Positions 1 to 10,213 are shown, numbered from the stretch's first letter. The stretch: DNA of 64,000 bases from an uncultured bacterium (GCA_963717085.1 CAVQVM010000019.1:137397-201396), one strand, 5' to 3'. Program-made: numbers and translations. Notes: generated from the sequence alone by a model not told the origin.

Positions 1-670
1 CCGCGAGGCCCACCACGGGAACCTCGGTGCCGAACCTCGCCGTCGTGCCCACGGACTGGGCGCAGGTGACGATCTCGGGCAGCTCGTCGGCCTCGACGCC
101 GAAGAGGTCGGTGGCCTCCGGTGCCCAGGCGACAGCGTCGAGGTCGAGCAGCAGTGAGCGGGACGCGGTGGCGGCATCGGTGACGAACGCCCCGCACAGC
201 CGGTGTAGCAGCCACGCGTCGGTGGTGGTCGCGACCCCGTCCCGGGTGACGTTCTCGCGCAGCCAGGTGATCTTCGGCGCCACGAAGTAGGGGTCGAGCT
301 CGAGGCCGGTGAGCTCGGCCAGGCGCGGCCCGTGGGCGCGAAGTCGCTCGCACACGCTCGCGGCGCGGCGGTCCTGCCAGACCAGCGCCGGCGTCGCCGG
401 CGAGCCCGTGGCGCGATCCCATGCGAGCACCGTCTCGCCCTGGTTGGAGAGGGCGACCGCGTCGATGGCGGTCGCGGCCGCTTGCACGGCGGCACCGCCG
501 GCGTCCACGACCGACCGCCACAGCTCCTCAGGGTCCTGCTCGACGCCCCCACCGTCGAGCGCCACCGGGTGCACGGCCGCCTCGGCCTCGCCGAGCACCT
601 CTCTACCGGGCCCAACGACGAGCGCCTTGGTCGCCGACGTCCCCTGGTCGACGGCGAGCACGGTCGTCAC
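1..670 (-). CDS. FGGY-family carbohydrate kinase (glycerol/xylulose-kinase-like), N-terminal ~223 aa; the 3' end runs off the window
   Basis: My translation of the minus strand from GTG at 670 gives VTTVLAVDQGTSATKALVV...LSNQGETVLAWDR...LELDPYFVAPKITWL, a typical FGGY N-terminal domain. It is absent from the ORF track because it is open at the window edge. Confidence 0.75.
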   Translation of the reverse strand, partial: MTTVLAVDQGTSATKALVVGPGREVLGEAEAAVHPVALDGGGVEQDPEELWRSVVDAGGAAVQAAATAIDAVALSNQGETVLAWDRATGSPATPALVWQDRRAASVCERLRAHGPRLAELTGLELDPYFVAPKITWLRENVTRDGVATTTDAWLLHRLCGAFVTDAATASRSLLLDLDAVAWAPEATDLFGVEADELPEIVTCAQSVGTTARFGTEVPVVGLA

Positions 671-683
671 GCCGGACCCCTTC

Positions 684-849
684 CTAGTGCCGCGTCAAAC
701 AACGTTTGCGACGTGCCACGCCGGCCAGATTCGCCGCTGGCTGCGTCCTCGTCCTCGACGTAGCTTCGGCTATGCCTTCGTCCTGCGTCCTTGCCAGCGA
801 CGAATCCGACTCGCCGTGACCCGCCGAACGCTGCCTGACGCGGCACTAG
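684..849. repeat. 166-bp CTAG-bounded palindromic repeat element, copy 1 (MITE/REP-like)
   Basis: Perfect 14-bp terminal inverted repeat CTAGTGCCGCGTCA / TGACGCGGCACTAG. The ~85-nt core is ~80% identical to 13993-14075. Confidence 0.8.
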
Positions 850-863
850 CTCAGGCGTCGCCG

Positions 864-2525
864 TTATGTACCGCCCGTAGCGCCTGGAGCGGGGGCCGGC
901 GCCGGCGGGGGCGCAGGAATCCCCTCGCCCCGCTCGAGCGCAGCCAGCTCCCGCTCGATCCTCAGGAGCTCCTCCTCGGAGCCCTGCACCCGGGGTCCGG
1001 TGAACCAATGGCGGGCCGAGACCAGCCACCAAAGCCCTATCAGCACCAGGGCCGCAAGGAACACCGGACCGGCAAAGTTGAACAGGTTCCGGTTGCTGCC
1101 CTCCCATGGCGGCCAGAACGCGTCCACCGGCCCGTACACCGGCAGCACGAACAGGATGACGATGATCACCACCCAGACGATCGCGGTCCAGCCCACGAGC
1201 CCGCTCCAGCGGCCGAGGTTCCACGGCCCTGGGCGGAAGTCGGGGTTGCGGAGCCGCAGGAACACCGGCGTCACATAGGCCGTGTAGAGCCCGATGCCGG
1301 TGATCGCCACGAACGCGAAGAAGGCGTACGAGTAGTTGTCGAATTGGACGAGCGACAGCAGCCCCAGCACTGCGCACACGATGACGCCGAACCAGACGGC
1401 GTTGGTGGGCGTGCGCGTCTTCGGGTTGATGCGGCTCCAGAGCCCGCTGCCGGGTATCCCACGGTCGCGGGCCATCGCGTAGACGGTCCGCGACAGCGAC
1501 GTCATGCCGAACATCCCGCAGAAGAACTGCCCGAGGACCGCGGTGAACACGAGCAGCTTGGCCATGTTGCCGCCGACGGCCTGCTCGAACAGGGTGGGCG
1601 CGGAGTTGATGCCGACGAGGGCGATGTCGTCGTAGGCCCCGACCGGCACTGCGGCGATCATGACCACGGTGATGACCCAGGCGGCCAGCGCCGAGATCCA
1701 CACGGACCGCACCATGGCCTTCGAGGCGTTGACGGCCGCGTCTTTGGTCTCCTCGGCCACGTGGGCCGAGGCGTCGTAGCCCGTGAGCATGTACTGGGAC
1801 AGCAGCAAGCCGATCGGGAAGACGTAGAACCAGTAGGCCCCCGTGAAGCCCCACCCGGTCAGGTTCTTGCCGTCGAGCAGCGAGCCGAAGCCCTCGGTGT
1901 TGCTCGGGATCACGAGCATGGCGATGACGATGAGCGCGGCACCGATCACGTGCCACCACACGCTGATGTCGCCGAGCCACTTCAGCAGGCGGACGCCGAA
2001 GGTGTTCAGCAGGCCGTGGAGGACCAGGATCACCGCGAAGATGATGTACAGGGCGGATGCATCGGCCAGCGAGTACCCGAAGATCGAGTCGATGTAGTAG
2101 TCGAGGAAGAACGACGTGAAGACGGCCAAGGCGTAATCGACGCTGGCGACGACTCCGATTAGGCCGAGGATGTTCACCCAGCCCGTGAACCACGCCCAGC
2201 CTGCCTGGTTCCTCTTGGCCAGCTTTGCCGACCAGTAGTACATGCCGCCGGCGGTCGGGTAGGCCGAGTTCACCTCGGCCATGGCCATGGCCACTAGCGT
2301 CGAGAACAGCCCGACGATGGGCCACTGGAAGAGGATCACCCGCGGCCCGCCGGCCTGCATGCCCAGGTAGAAGACCGTGAGGTTGCCGGCGAGGATCGAG
2401 ATGATCGTGAACGAGACGGCGAAGTTCGAGAACTGACTGAGACCTCGCCGCAGCTCCTGGGCGTAGCCCAGGTGGTGGAGAGTCTGCTGGTCCTCTTCGA
2501 GGACTGCAGATGGGTCTACGGCCAC
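864..2525 (-). CDS. APC-superfamily amino acid permease
   Basis: 553-aa ORF with about 12 hydrophobic segments and an N-terminal LRRGLSQFSNFAVSFTIISILAG...AEVNSAYPTAGGMYYW signature. The overlapping ORFs 309-2162(+) and 667-2574(-) are GC artefacts. Confidence 0.9.
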   Translation of the reverse strand: MAVDPSAVLEEDQQTLHHLGYAQELRRGLSQFSNFAVSFTIISILAGNLTVFYLGMQAGGPRVILFQWPIVGLFSTLVAMAMAEVNSAYPTAGGMYYWSAKLAKRNQAGWAWFTGWVNILGLIGVVASVDYALAVFTSFFLDYYIDSIFGYSLADASALYIIFAVILVLHGLLNTFGVRLLKWLGDISVWWHVIGAALIVIAMLVIPSNTEGFGSLLDGKNLTGWGFTGAYWFYVFPIGLLLSQYMLTGYDASAHVAEETKDAAVNASKAMVRSVWISALAAWVITVVMIAAVPVGAYDDIALVGINSAPTLFEQAVGGNMAKLLVFTAVLGQFFCGMFGMTSLSRTVYAMARDRGIPGSGLWSRINPKTRTPTNAVWFGVIVCAVLGLLSLVQFDNYSYAFFAFVAITGIGLYTAYVTPVFLRLRNPDFRPGPWNLGRWSGLVGWTAIVWVVIIVILFVLPVYGPVDAFWPPWEGSNRNLFNFAGPVFLAALVLIGLWWLVSARHWFTGPRVQGSEEELLRIERELAALERGEGIPAPPPAPAPAPGATGGT

Positions 2526-2617
2526 GCGGGACCCCCCTTCCCGTCAGTGCACCTATGGCAACGATCGATACCACGACTTGGGGGAAATTGCCAGGATCTC
2601 CCGATCGGATGAGCGAT

Positions 2618-3418
2618 TCACTCAGGGGTCACATAAGCAGCGGTGATGCCACCGTCGACCACGAGCGCGGCGCCGGTCATGAAGGAGGACTCGTCGGAGG
2701 CGAGGAACATGGCGGCACGGGCGATCTCCACGGCGGCGCCGGGCCGGCCCATCGGTATGTGCACGAGGCGCCGCGCGGCCCACGCCGGGTCGGACATGAG
2801 CTGGCGCATGAGCGGGGTGTCGATCGGGCCGGGGCACAGCACGTTGGCCCGGATCCCCTGGCGGGCGTACTCGACCGCCGTCTCTCGTGTCATCGCGAGC
2901 ACGCCCCCCTTGCTGGCGGTATACGCGATCTGCGGAACCGCCGAGCCCACCAGGGCGACCAGCGACGAGACGTTGACGATCGTGCCGCCGCCCGACGCGA
3001 GCAGCGCAGGGATCCCGAACTTCATCCCCAGCCAGACGCCCTTGAGGTTCACGTCCAGCACCCGGTCCCACGTGGCCTCGGGAGTCTCGAGCGTGCCCGC
3101 GTCGTCACCGGGGAGGATGCCGGCGTTGTTGTACAGGATGTCGAGCCGACCGAAGGTGTCGACCGCGAAGTCGACCATCGCCTCGGCCTGCGCTGCGTCG
3201 GATACGTCGGCGTGGACGAATGCGGCCTCGCCACCCGCGGCGGTGATCGCGGCCACGGCACCCTCGCCGTCGGCGTCGACCACGTCCGCGATCGCCACCC
3301 GGGCGCTCTCGGCGGTGAAGAGCTCGGCGGCCACGCGCCCGATGCCGCTCGCTGCCCCCGTGATCAGCGCCACCTTGTCGTCGAGTCGTCCCATGCCTGC
3401 TCCTTGATCTGACAGCAC
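2618..3418 (-). CDS. SDR-family oxidoreductase
   Basis: KVALITGAASGIGR Rossmann motif, NNAG, and YTASKGGV catalytic Y-x3-K. The start may instead be the internal ATG at 3394 (MGRLDDK). Confidence 0.9.
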   Translation of the reverse strand: MLSDQGAGMGRLDDKVALITGAASGIGRVAAELFTAESARVAIADVVDADGEGAVAAITAAGGEAAFVHADVSDAAQAEAMVDFAVDTFGRLDILYNNAGILPGDDAGTLETPEATWDRVLDVNLKGVWLGMKFGIPALLASGGGTIVNVSSLVALVGSAVPQIAYTASKGGVLAMTRETAVEYARQGIRANVLCPGPIDTPLMRQLMSDPAWAARRLVHIPMGRPGAAVEIARAAMFLASDESSFMTGAALVVDGGITAAYVTPE

Positions 3419-3663
3419 ACGGCGCCCGGGACAATGGCGAATGCGCCGTCGGCGGTCAATGGCGACGTCGATTCAGCACGTGAGACATCGAGGGACCGCG
3501 TCCCCGGCGGGTCACGGCTTTCGCGACGCCACCACCGGGCCGCTCCGCCAGGCGCGCGACGACGTGCCGACGAGCCCGGCGAAGGCCAGGGTCCAGGCGG
3601 TCAAGGCGATGCCGAACACCAGAGGAGGCAGCCAGCCGAGGGCGGTCACGTCGGTGGCGTCGA

Positions 3664-4142
<479 letters not shown>

Positions 4143-4143
<1 letters not shown>

Positions 4144-5186
4144 CAGCCGAACCCCCCGACGCGGGCGGACTGAGCGAGCGCGACCTGCACCCGCCGACAT
4201 CGCGGGCAGGTGTCCTGGTAGTTGCCGTCGTCCCCGGCGCGGTAGTCGAAGCCGAGCTCCGGAAGGATGGTCTGCACGTCGGCCACCTGCTGGGCGCCGG
4301 CGAACGTCTCGCCGCAGCGCCGGCACCTCGCAGCCGGGCCCTCGTCGTTGGCCCGCCGGTAATAGGCGACGCCGAGGTTGGCGGGCCGCTGGAAGATGTG
4401 GAACAGCTTGCCGAACGGGATGTACATCAGGCCGAGGATGACCGTGAGTGCGTGGAGCGTGTTGAGCGCCGAGTAGAAGCGCCCCTCGAGCCACACGCTC
4501 GAAACGGTGAGGAACAGACCGGTTATCGACACCGCGAACAGGCCGGCGAGGGCGAGGAAGTCGCCGCTACGTTCGGCGGCCAGGGCGCCAGGATCGCGAA
4601 GCCGGCGCCGTAGGAAGATGAACACGCCAGCCAGCACCAGGACGGCGGCGATGTCGAGGGCGTGGAAGATGAGCCAACCGATCACGCTGTCGGCGTCGAA
4701 GCGCAGCGTCCCGACCCCAGACACGAACACCCGGTACCGGTCGGCCTGCTGGCCGACGCTCTCGAAATGCAAGAGGCCGAGCGTCAGGGGGAACGTGACC
4801 AGGGCGGCGAGGATGCAGCCCCAGAACACGAGCTGGTGCCCCAGCCAGCGGGTCGTCGACCGCCGGCGGATGAACCCCTGGGTCAGCAGGTGGGTTGCGA
4901 CCAGTGACGGGAGCGCCGCGGCGTTTCGGGCCTTGTGCTGGCGGAACGTGTCCCACCCGCGCCGGTTCAACAGGGCGGTCGGGGGTCGCCGGAGCCAGAC
5001 GGTGTAGCGGTAGATGACGCCGAAGACGGCGAACACGACACCGAAGAGGTAGCCAGTCAGGGCGGCGTCGAACCAGACGAGCCGGTCGCTGCCGACAAAG
5101 GTGATCGCGATCACCAAGGCCACGCCGACCAAGCCGCGCATCACGGCCCGATGATCGAGCGCTCGACGGGTGCGGGCCGCCTCCAC
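4143..5186 (-). CDS. Polytopic membrane protein, NarI/DsrM-like, with a C-terminal CxxC...CxxC zinc-ribbon tail
   Basis: 347-aa ORF with 5-6 TM segments and a C-terminal CRRCGETF...CPRCRR. It is translationally coupled to the molybdopterin-enzyme fragment. The family call is tentative. Confidence 0.7.
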
Positions 5187-5672
5187 AGCAGCGACCCTAT
5201 GCCCCGGGGGCCGCGCCGATGGCAGCGGTGGGCGTCGACCGCCGCGCCGACCGCGAGGTCATGTTCCGGCTGGGCCACGGCGGGGGAACAGCTCGCCGGC
5301 GGTCGACGAGCACGAGCTTGAGCGGCGTCCAGGCGACGAACACGATCAGCCCCGCTGCGGCCAGGGCAACGCCCGCCCCCGACGGCGCCACCAGCAGGCC
5401 GAGCAGGGCCGGTTCTGCCGTCAGGCTCCCGCCCCCGTGCTCGTCGGGCAGGCCGACCGCCCGCCAGGTCGACCTGGCGCGCACCGATGCCGTCATACGT
5501 CCCGCGGCGGTGCTCGTCGTCACGCGTTCAGGCCCCGACTGGCACGCATCGTCACCGTCTCGCGCAGGGTCATCGGCCCAGGCTCGTCGTCCCGACCCGA
5601 CCCGACCAGAGGGGAAGGTCCCCAAGATCAGGGCCGCGCTCGCCACCGGCACCGGGGCTACCGTTCGCGACG

Positions 5673-6131
5673 ATGAGCGCATCCGTCGCGATCGAGGAAC
5701 GCAAGAAGCTTCTGAGCGACGTGTGGCTGTTCCACGGCGCCAGCGACGAGGAGCTCACGGCGCTGGCCGAGCTCGCCTACGAGGTCACGATCGGTCCGCA
5801 CGTCGACGTCGTCAAGGAGAACGAGTTCGGGGACGAGCTGTTCCTGGTGGTCGACGGGCACGCGGCCGTGACCCGGGGTGGAGTCGACCTGAGCGTGCTC
5901 AACGCCGGCGACTTCTTCGGCGAGATGGCGCTGCTGGGCACCGGGGTTCGGACGTCCACCGTGCGGTCGATCGTCGCCATGACGCTGCTCGGATTGCGAG
6001 CCGAGCACTTCGACGACGTGCTCGCGTCCGACCCCGCGGTCGCCCGGCGCGTGCTCAGCGTCGTGGTGAGGCGCCTCGAGCGGACCGACCGCCGCCTCGC
6101 CGAGCTCGAGGGCCGCTCCCCGTCCAGCTGA
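5673..6131 (+). CDS. Cyclic-nucleotide-binding domain protein (stand-alone cNMP domain, no HTH)
   Basis: ATG at 5673. LLSDVWLFHGASDEELTALA...GDFFGEMALLGTGVRTSTVRS is the cNMP-binding FGE..L....R.A signature. The track ORF 5487-6131 extends upstream. Confidence 0.8.
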   Translation: MSASVAIEERKKLLSDVWLFHGASDEELTALAELAYEVTIGPHVDVVKENEFGDELFLVVDGHAAVTRGGVDLSVLNAGDFFGEMALLGTGVRTSTVRSIVAMTLLGLRAEHFDDVLASDPAVARRVLSVVVRRLERTDRRLAELEGRSPSS

Positions 6132-6181
6132 CTGCGCCGGTCACCGAAGGCGAGTTCGGGCCGCAGACCGCAAGCCTGTCG

Positions 6182-6697
6182 ATGGGCATGGGCGCGCTGG
6201 TGCCGCTGCTGGGGCCGTTGGTCCGTTCGGGCCTGCCCGATCGCGTGCTGACCGCAGCGGCCGGCGGGCGGCTGGCCCTCCTCGGCGAGCTGGCCGAGCA
6301 CACGCCGTGGTTGGCAGGCGAGCTGAAGCGCCTCCACCCGTCCGACATCGTCGGCGCAGGAACGGCCATCGCCAGATTCGATGCGCGGCCATGGCTGACC
6401 GAGTTGGCGGCGCCGGCCGCATCCGTGGTGACACTGCACGATGTCGTCGTCCCACCCGACCGGCAGCGGGCGACCGCGGCGGCACTGGGCGCGCCGGTCA
6501 TCGCGGTCGATGGCGGGCACGCAATGTGCCTGACCGACCCCGAAGCCTTGGGTACCGCGATGCGGCAGGCGGTCGACGTCGTGGCAGGTGGCCGGCGCGA
6601 ACGCCGGAGTCGCACAGTTGCTTGGCTCCGCGTCATCGGCACGGCGCCGTCACCCGCCGTCCCGTCCGGGGACGGTGTGGACAGCATGGCCGGGTAG
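6182..6697 (+). pseudogene. Alpha/beta-hydrolase C-terminal half only (possible remnant)
   Basis: ...ARFDARPWLTELAAPAASVVTLHDVVVPPDRQ...VIAVDGGHAMCLTDPEALG resembles the Asp/His end of the alpha/beta fold. No GxSxG-containing N-terminal half precedes it. Confidence 0.4.
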
Positions 6698-6882
6698 CTC
6701 GTCCGGCAGGAACGGCTCCGCAAGCGGGAGGCGATGACGAACGCCATGGCGGGTGCGAGGCATGACGAACGGTTTCCGCTCGCTACTGCCTCGGGCTTCC
6801 CGGAGCGTGGGCTATTGCCTCGGAGCCCGGACGTCGCGGTACGCGCTCGCCACCCGGTCGCCCGGGAGCGGATAATCACGCT

Positions 6883-7245
6883 ATGGCGGTCGAGCCCCGC
6901 ATGGTGTTCCTCGGATTCGGCAAGTTCGCCCGCGCCGACAAGATCTACGCGCTCGAACCACTGCGGGGCGATCAACGTGGCGACGGGCGACGCACCAACG
7001 TCTGGGTCGAGGGCATCGACGGGCCGATCGTCGCCTCGCGGACCGAGCGCACGATCCTCCACGACATGGGCCAGGACCCGGCCGCGCCGTCCCCGATCGT
7101 CGACGAGGCGCTCGACCTGGCCGAACGCCTCGTCGCCGCGGCCGACGCCGGCCGGGTCGACCTCGGTGACCTCGGCCGGCGCGCCCGCCACCTGCTCGCC
7201 GCGACGACCGCGCCGCCCCGAGATGGTCCCGACGGTCGGGGCTGA
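6883..7245 (+). CDS. Conserved hypothetical protein, possibly DUF370/RemA-like
   Basis: MVFLGFGKFARADKIYALEPL...IVASRTERTILHDM loosely matches the RemA pattern (IGFGN..A.RI.AI...S..ET). The similarity is weak. Confidence 0.45.
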   Translation: MAVEPRMVFLGFGKFARADKIYALEPLRGDQRGDGRRTNVWVEGIDGPIVASRTERTILHDMGQDPAAPSPIVDEALDLAERLVAAADAGRVDLGDLGRRARHLLAATTAPPRDGPDGRG

Positions 7246-7271
7246 GGCGCAGGCCCGTTCGGCTCTGGTCG

Positions 7272-8516
7272 TCAGGCCGCCAGCAGGCGATCGAAGAACG
7301 ACCGGTAGCGCTGGAACGTCACGCGCAGGTCCTCGGTCGAGACGTCGTCGCCCCCTCCCCGCGGCGCGTCGAACGCCTCGAGCTCGGTGGTGAGCCTGCG
7401 CGTCAGGTCGTCCATCATCTCGGTCAGCAGCTCACCCGCGCTCTGGACCGCGTGGCGGGGCTCGTCGACGAACCCTGTCTGGATCTCGTACCAACGGTCC
7501 TGGTAGCCGGTGCCCTCGGCCAGCAACGGCCCTTCCACGCCCGACGGCACGTCGCCGGCGGCGCCGCGGCTGCCGCTGCGGGCCTCGCTGTCCGACGGGT
7601 CACCGTCCACGACGGTGTCGTCCTCCGCGATTCCGACCGGCCCCGGTTCGGGCTCCTCCGGCGCCGAGGGCTCCGGCTCCGCGGCCATCCGGGGTTCGTC
7701 GCCCTCCTCGATCTGGCCGGGCTCGAGTTCGTCGCCGACCTCGGGTTCGTCGGTGGCCTCGTCCGGTGCGAACACGTCGGTCGCAGGCCCGCGATCGTCG
7801 GTCTGGTCCGCTTCGTTCGTGGTCATTGCGCCCTCCCTCCTCAGCGCACGTCGTGCTTGCGGGGCACGTCGTGCTGTTATCTCGTCCTCGACGACCTCGT
7901 CGGCCATGTCACGATCGTCCTCGACGACCTCGTCGGCCATGTCACGATCGTCTTCGACGACCTCGTCGGCGTCAGCGTCCTTGCGTGCGCCGCTGGTGCC
8001 GTCGGCCAAGAGGTCGGCGAACAGCGCCCGGTAACGCTGGAACGCCCCACGTAGGTCGTCGACGGACGCGGAGTCGCTGCCGCTCCGGTCCTGAATGGCG
8101 TGGGCCACGCGGTAGTTCTCGGCGAGCTCCGGATGGTCGACGGAGACCATCTCGAGGCGCTCGTCGAACTCGTCGACCGGGTAGCCGCGCTGACGCATCA
8201 CCTCTTGCACCAGCCGGTCGGCGTCGTCCACCGCTCCGCCCGGATCATCGACGAACCCGGACTGGACGTCCCGCCACCGGGCGGCGAACTGCGACCGGGC
8301 CCCGGGCGGCAGCTCGTGGATCTCCAACTCGTCGCGCCGCTTGGCGCGGTCACGCAGCGATGCCTCGGCGGCGCGGCGGCCGCCCTCCTCATCGACGCTG
8401 CGGTAGTACTCAGGTCCGAAACGCCGCTTCAACGCTGCTGAACGGCCCCGGCCCAACGCCAGGGCCGCCAGCGCGATCACCACGACGATGGCCACGAAAA
8501 CGATCACCCAAGTCAT
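7272..8516 (-). CDS. Membrane-anchored acidic protein with an internally duplicated domain
   Basis: ATG at 8516 follows GGAGGGAGGA. N-terminal TM segment MTWVIVFVAIVVVIALAALAL. Two copies of a W/Y..Q.GFVD.P..AV..A..L..E.M...(50 aa)...DLR..FQRYR..F..LLA module are separated by an Asp/Glu-rich linker. Confidence 0.75.
   Translation of the reverse strand: MTWVIVFVAIVVVIALAALALGRGRSAALKRRFGPEYYRSVDEEGGRRAAEASLRDRAKRRDELEIHELPPGARSQFAARWRDVQSGFVDDPGGAVDDADRLVQEVMRQRGYPVDEFDERLEMVSVDHPELAENYRVAHAIQDRSGSDSASVDDLRGAFQRYRALFADLLADGTSGARKDADADEVVEDDRDMADEVVEDDRDMADEVVEDEITARRAPQARRALRREGAMTTNEADQTDDRGPATDVFAPDEATDEPEVGDELEPGQIEEGDEPRMAAEPEPSAPEEPEPGPVGIAEDDTVVDGDPSDSEARSGSRGAAGDVPSGVEGPLLAEGTGYQDRWYEIQTGFVDEPRHAVQSAGELLTEMMDDLTRRLTTELEAFDAPRGGGDDVSTEDLRVTFQRYRSFFDRLLAA
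7882..7970. repeat. 33-bp tandem repeat, 2.7 copies, inside the acidic linker coding region
   Basis: tcgtcctcgacgacctcgtcggccatgtcacga occurs at 7882-7914 and 7915-7947 (identical), with a partial third unit. It encodes ADEVVEDDRDM repeats. Confidence 0.9.
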
Positions 8517-8635
8517 GGGAGTCCTCCCTCCTCGGCGGCGGTCGTCTACCCGCCAGCGAGGCGTTTCATAACCCGGCGACGCCGGACGACACATCTCGTA
8601 AGCGCTCACGCCGCAGGTCGCGCCACGATGGGCGG

Positions 8636-9259
8636 GTGGCGCAGTCGAATCGCGTGAACCCGTGGGGTGAGGTCATCGCCATCGACCAACGCGGTCTGTT
8701 CATGGGCAACCGGGGGTGCATCCACCGCGACCGGCGGATCGTGCGGCCGTGGCAGGTGCGCCGGTGGATCACGTGCGTCCTCGAGTACAAGGGCTGGGTG
8801 GCGCCGAAGTGGGAGCCCGGCCGCTGGACGCCGCTGTTCTTCTGGGACGAAGCAGTGGCGCTGGCCGCGGGTCACCGACCCTGTGCCCTGTGCCGCCGCG
8901 CCGACTTCAACGCGTGGCTTGACGGGTGGGAATCGGCGTTCGGGGAGCGGCCCAGGGTGGACCCGATGGACCGCCGCCTGCACGCCGATCGCCGCGATGG
9001 GAGGGCGCAGCGGCGCCACTCACGTGCCTGGTCCGACCTGCCGGCGGGTGCATTCGTCGTGATCGACGAGCCGAGCCGCGGCGGGGAAGCGGCACCCGCC
9101 CTCGTCTTGACGGATCGCCTGGTCCCGTGGTCGCCGCGTGGCTATGGCCCGGCGGTCGGACGCCCGGGTCGGGGGGACGCCACGGTGCTCACGCCCCGGG
9201 CCAGCATCGACGTCTTGAGCCACGGCTACCGCCCCGCGCTCCATCCCGCGGCGACCTGA
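8636..9259 (+). CDS. Conserved hypothetical protein
   Basis: In-frame GTG at 8636 within track ORF 7766-9259. NPWGEVIAIDQRGLFMGNRGCIH...WITCVLEYKG...PLFFWDEAVALAAGHRPCALCRR looks like a conserved but unnamed family. The start is uncertain. Confidence 0.6.
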   Translation: MAQSNRVNPWGEVIAIDQRGLFMGNRGCIHRDRRIVRPWQVRRWITCVLEYKGWVAPKWEPGRWTPLFFWDEAVALAAGHRPCALCRRADFNAWLDGWESAFGERPRVDPMDRRLHADRRDGRAQRRHSRAWSDLPAGAFVVIDEPSRGGEAAPALVLTDRLVPWSPRGYGPAVGRPGRGDATVLTPRASIDVLSHGYRPALHPAAT

Positions 9260-9269
9260 CCGGGATCGG

Positions 9270-9845
9270 GTGCGAGTGGCGGAGCAGGCTCAGCGGCGGC
9301 CGGTTGGACGGATGCAGCGGGTCTCGCTCGTGGGGGTCTCAGGCGCCGGCAAGACGACGGTGGGCCGGAAGCTGGCCGCATCGCTGGGCGTCCCCTTCGT
9401 CGAGCTCGATGCGATCTTCCACCAGCCCGACTGGGTCGAGCTCCCGCGCGACGACTTCCGCGAGCGGGTGGGTGCCGCGTTGGCGGCACCGGGATGGGTG
9501 GTCGACGGCAACTACTCGGCCGTGCGCGATCTGGTGTGGGACCGGGCGGACACCGTGGTCTGGCTGGACCTGCCCCGTCGGCTCGTGATGCGCCGGGTCA
9601 TCCTGCGCACCCTCCGCCGTGCCGTCACCCGCGAGGCGCTGTGGAACGGCAACCGCGAGCCCTTAACCAACTTCTACCGGCTGAACCCCGAGGAGAACAT
9701 CATCAGTTGGGCGTGGGTCAAGTACGCCAGCTACGTCGAGCGCTACGAAGCGGCGATGGCCGACCCGGCGTACGACCGACTGCGCTTCGTCAGGTTGCGC
9801 ACACCGCACGAGATCGACGGGTTCCTTGCCGCCAGTTCCCGGTGA
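9270..9845 (+). CDS. P-loop NTPase, adenylate-kinase/topology-modulation-like
   Basis: Walker A VGVSGAGKTTVGRKLA. The likely start is the internal ATG at 9312 (MQRVSLVG). Confidence 0.85.
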   Translation: MRVAEQAQRRPVGRMQRVSLVGVSGAGKTTVGRKLAASLGVPFVELDAIFHQPDWVELPRDDFRERVGAALAAPGWVVDGNYSAVRDLVWDRADTVVWLDLPRRLVMRRVILRTLRRAVTREALWNGNREPLTNFYRLNPEENIISWAWVKYASYVERYEAAMADPAYDRLRFVRLRTPHEIDGFLAASSR

Positions 9846-10213
9846 AGTGCGGCGACCCGTCCTACGGTGGCCTCGTGGAGATCACGAAGGCCTACCTCAT
9901 GGTGCCGGTCGAGGACATGGACCGCGCCGTCTCGTTCTACCGGGACGTGGTCGGGCTGACCCTCGAGTTCCAGTCGCCGTTCTGGAGTGAGCTGCGCTGG
10001 CGCGAGGCGACGATCGCGTTGCACGGCGGTGGCAGCGGCGAGGAGCGCGAGAGCTGGCTCGGGTTTCACGTCACCGACCTCGACGCCGCGCTCGCCGAGA
10101 TCGAGGCCGCCGGTGGCCACCAAGGAGCGGAGCGCATCGAGGGTGGATCCCGGCTGGTCGACGTCGTCGATCCCGAGGGCAACCGCTTGACCTTCGGCGC
10201 CGACGCACCGTGA
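9842..10213 (+). CDS. VOC/glyoxalase-family protein
   Basis: YLMVPVEDMDRAVSFYRDVVGLTLEF...VVDPEGNRLTF. GTG at 9842 overlaps the upstream stop (GTGA). Alternative starts are 9875 and 9899. Confidence 0.8.
   Translation: MKCGDPSYGGLVEITKAYLMVPVEDMDRAVSFYRDVVGLTLEFQSPFWSELRWREATIALHGGGSGEERESWLGFHVTDLDAALAEIEAAGGHQGAERIEGGSRLVDVVDPEGNRLTFGADAP

Noticed and set aside
309-2574. Very long ORFs 309-2162(+) and 667-2574(-) overlapping the permease gene
   Set aside because: Their products are Arg/Pro/Gly/Ala-rich low-complexity sequence, typical of off-frame translation in 70% GC DNA. The 864-2525(-) frame gives a clean APC permease.
5197-5682. 161-aa minus-strand ORF whose middle part (..PDEHGGGSLTAEPALLGLLVAPSGAGVALAAAGLIVFVAWTPLKL..) resembles the N-terminus of YwiC-like membrane proteins
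   Set aside because: Only one or two TM segments are present, the rest is Arg/Pro-rich, and the start cannot be placed. It is too weak to call.
7882-7970. Tandem repeats considered as a possible CRISPR array. Also applies to 27966-28017 and 34316-34378
   Set aside because: The units are directly adjacent with no spacers, reach only 2-3 copies, and lie inside or at the end of coding regions. No cas genes are present in the window.
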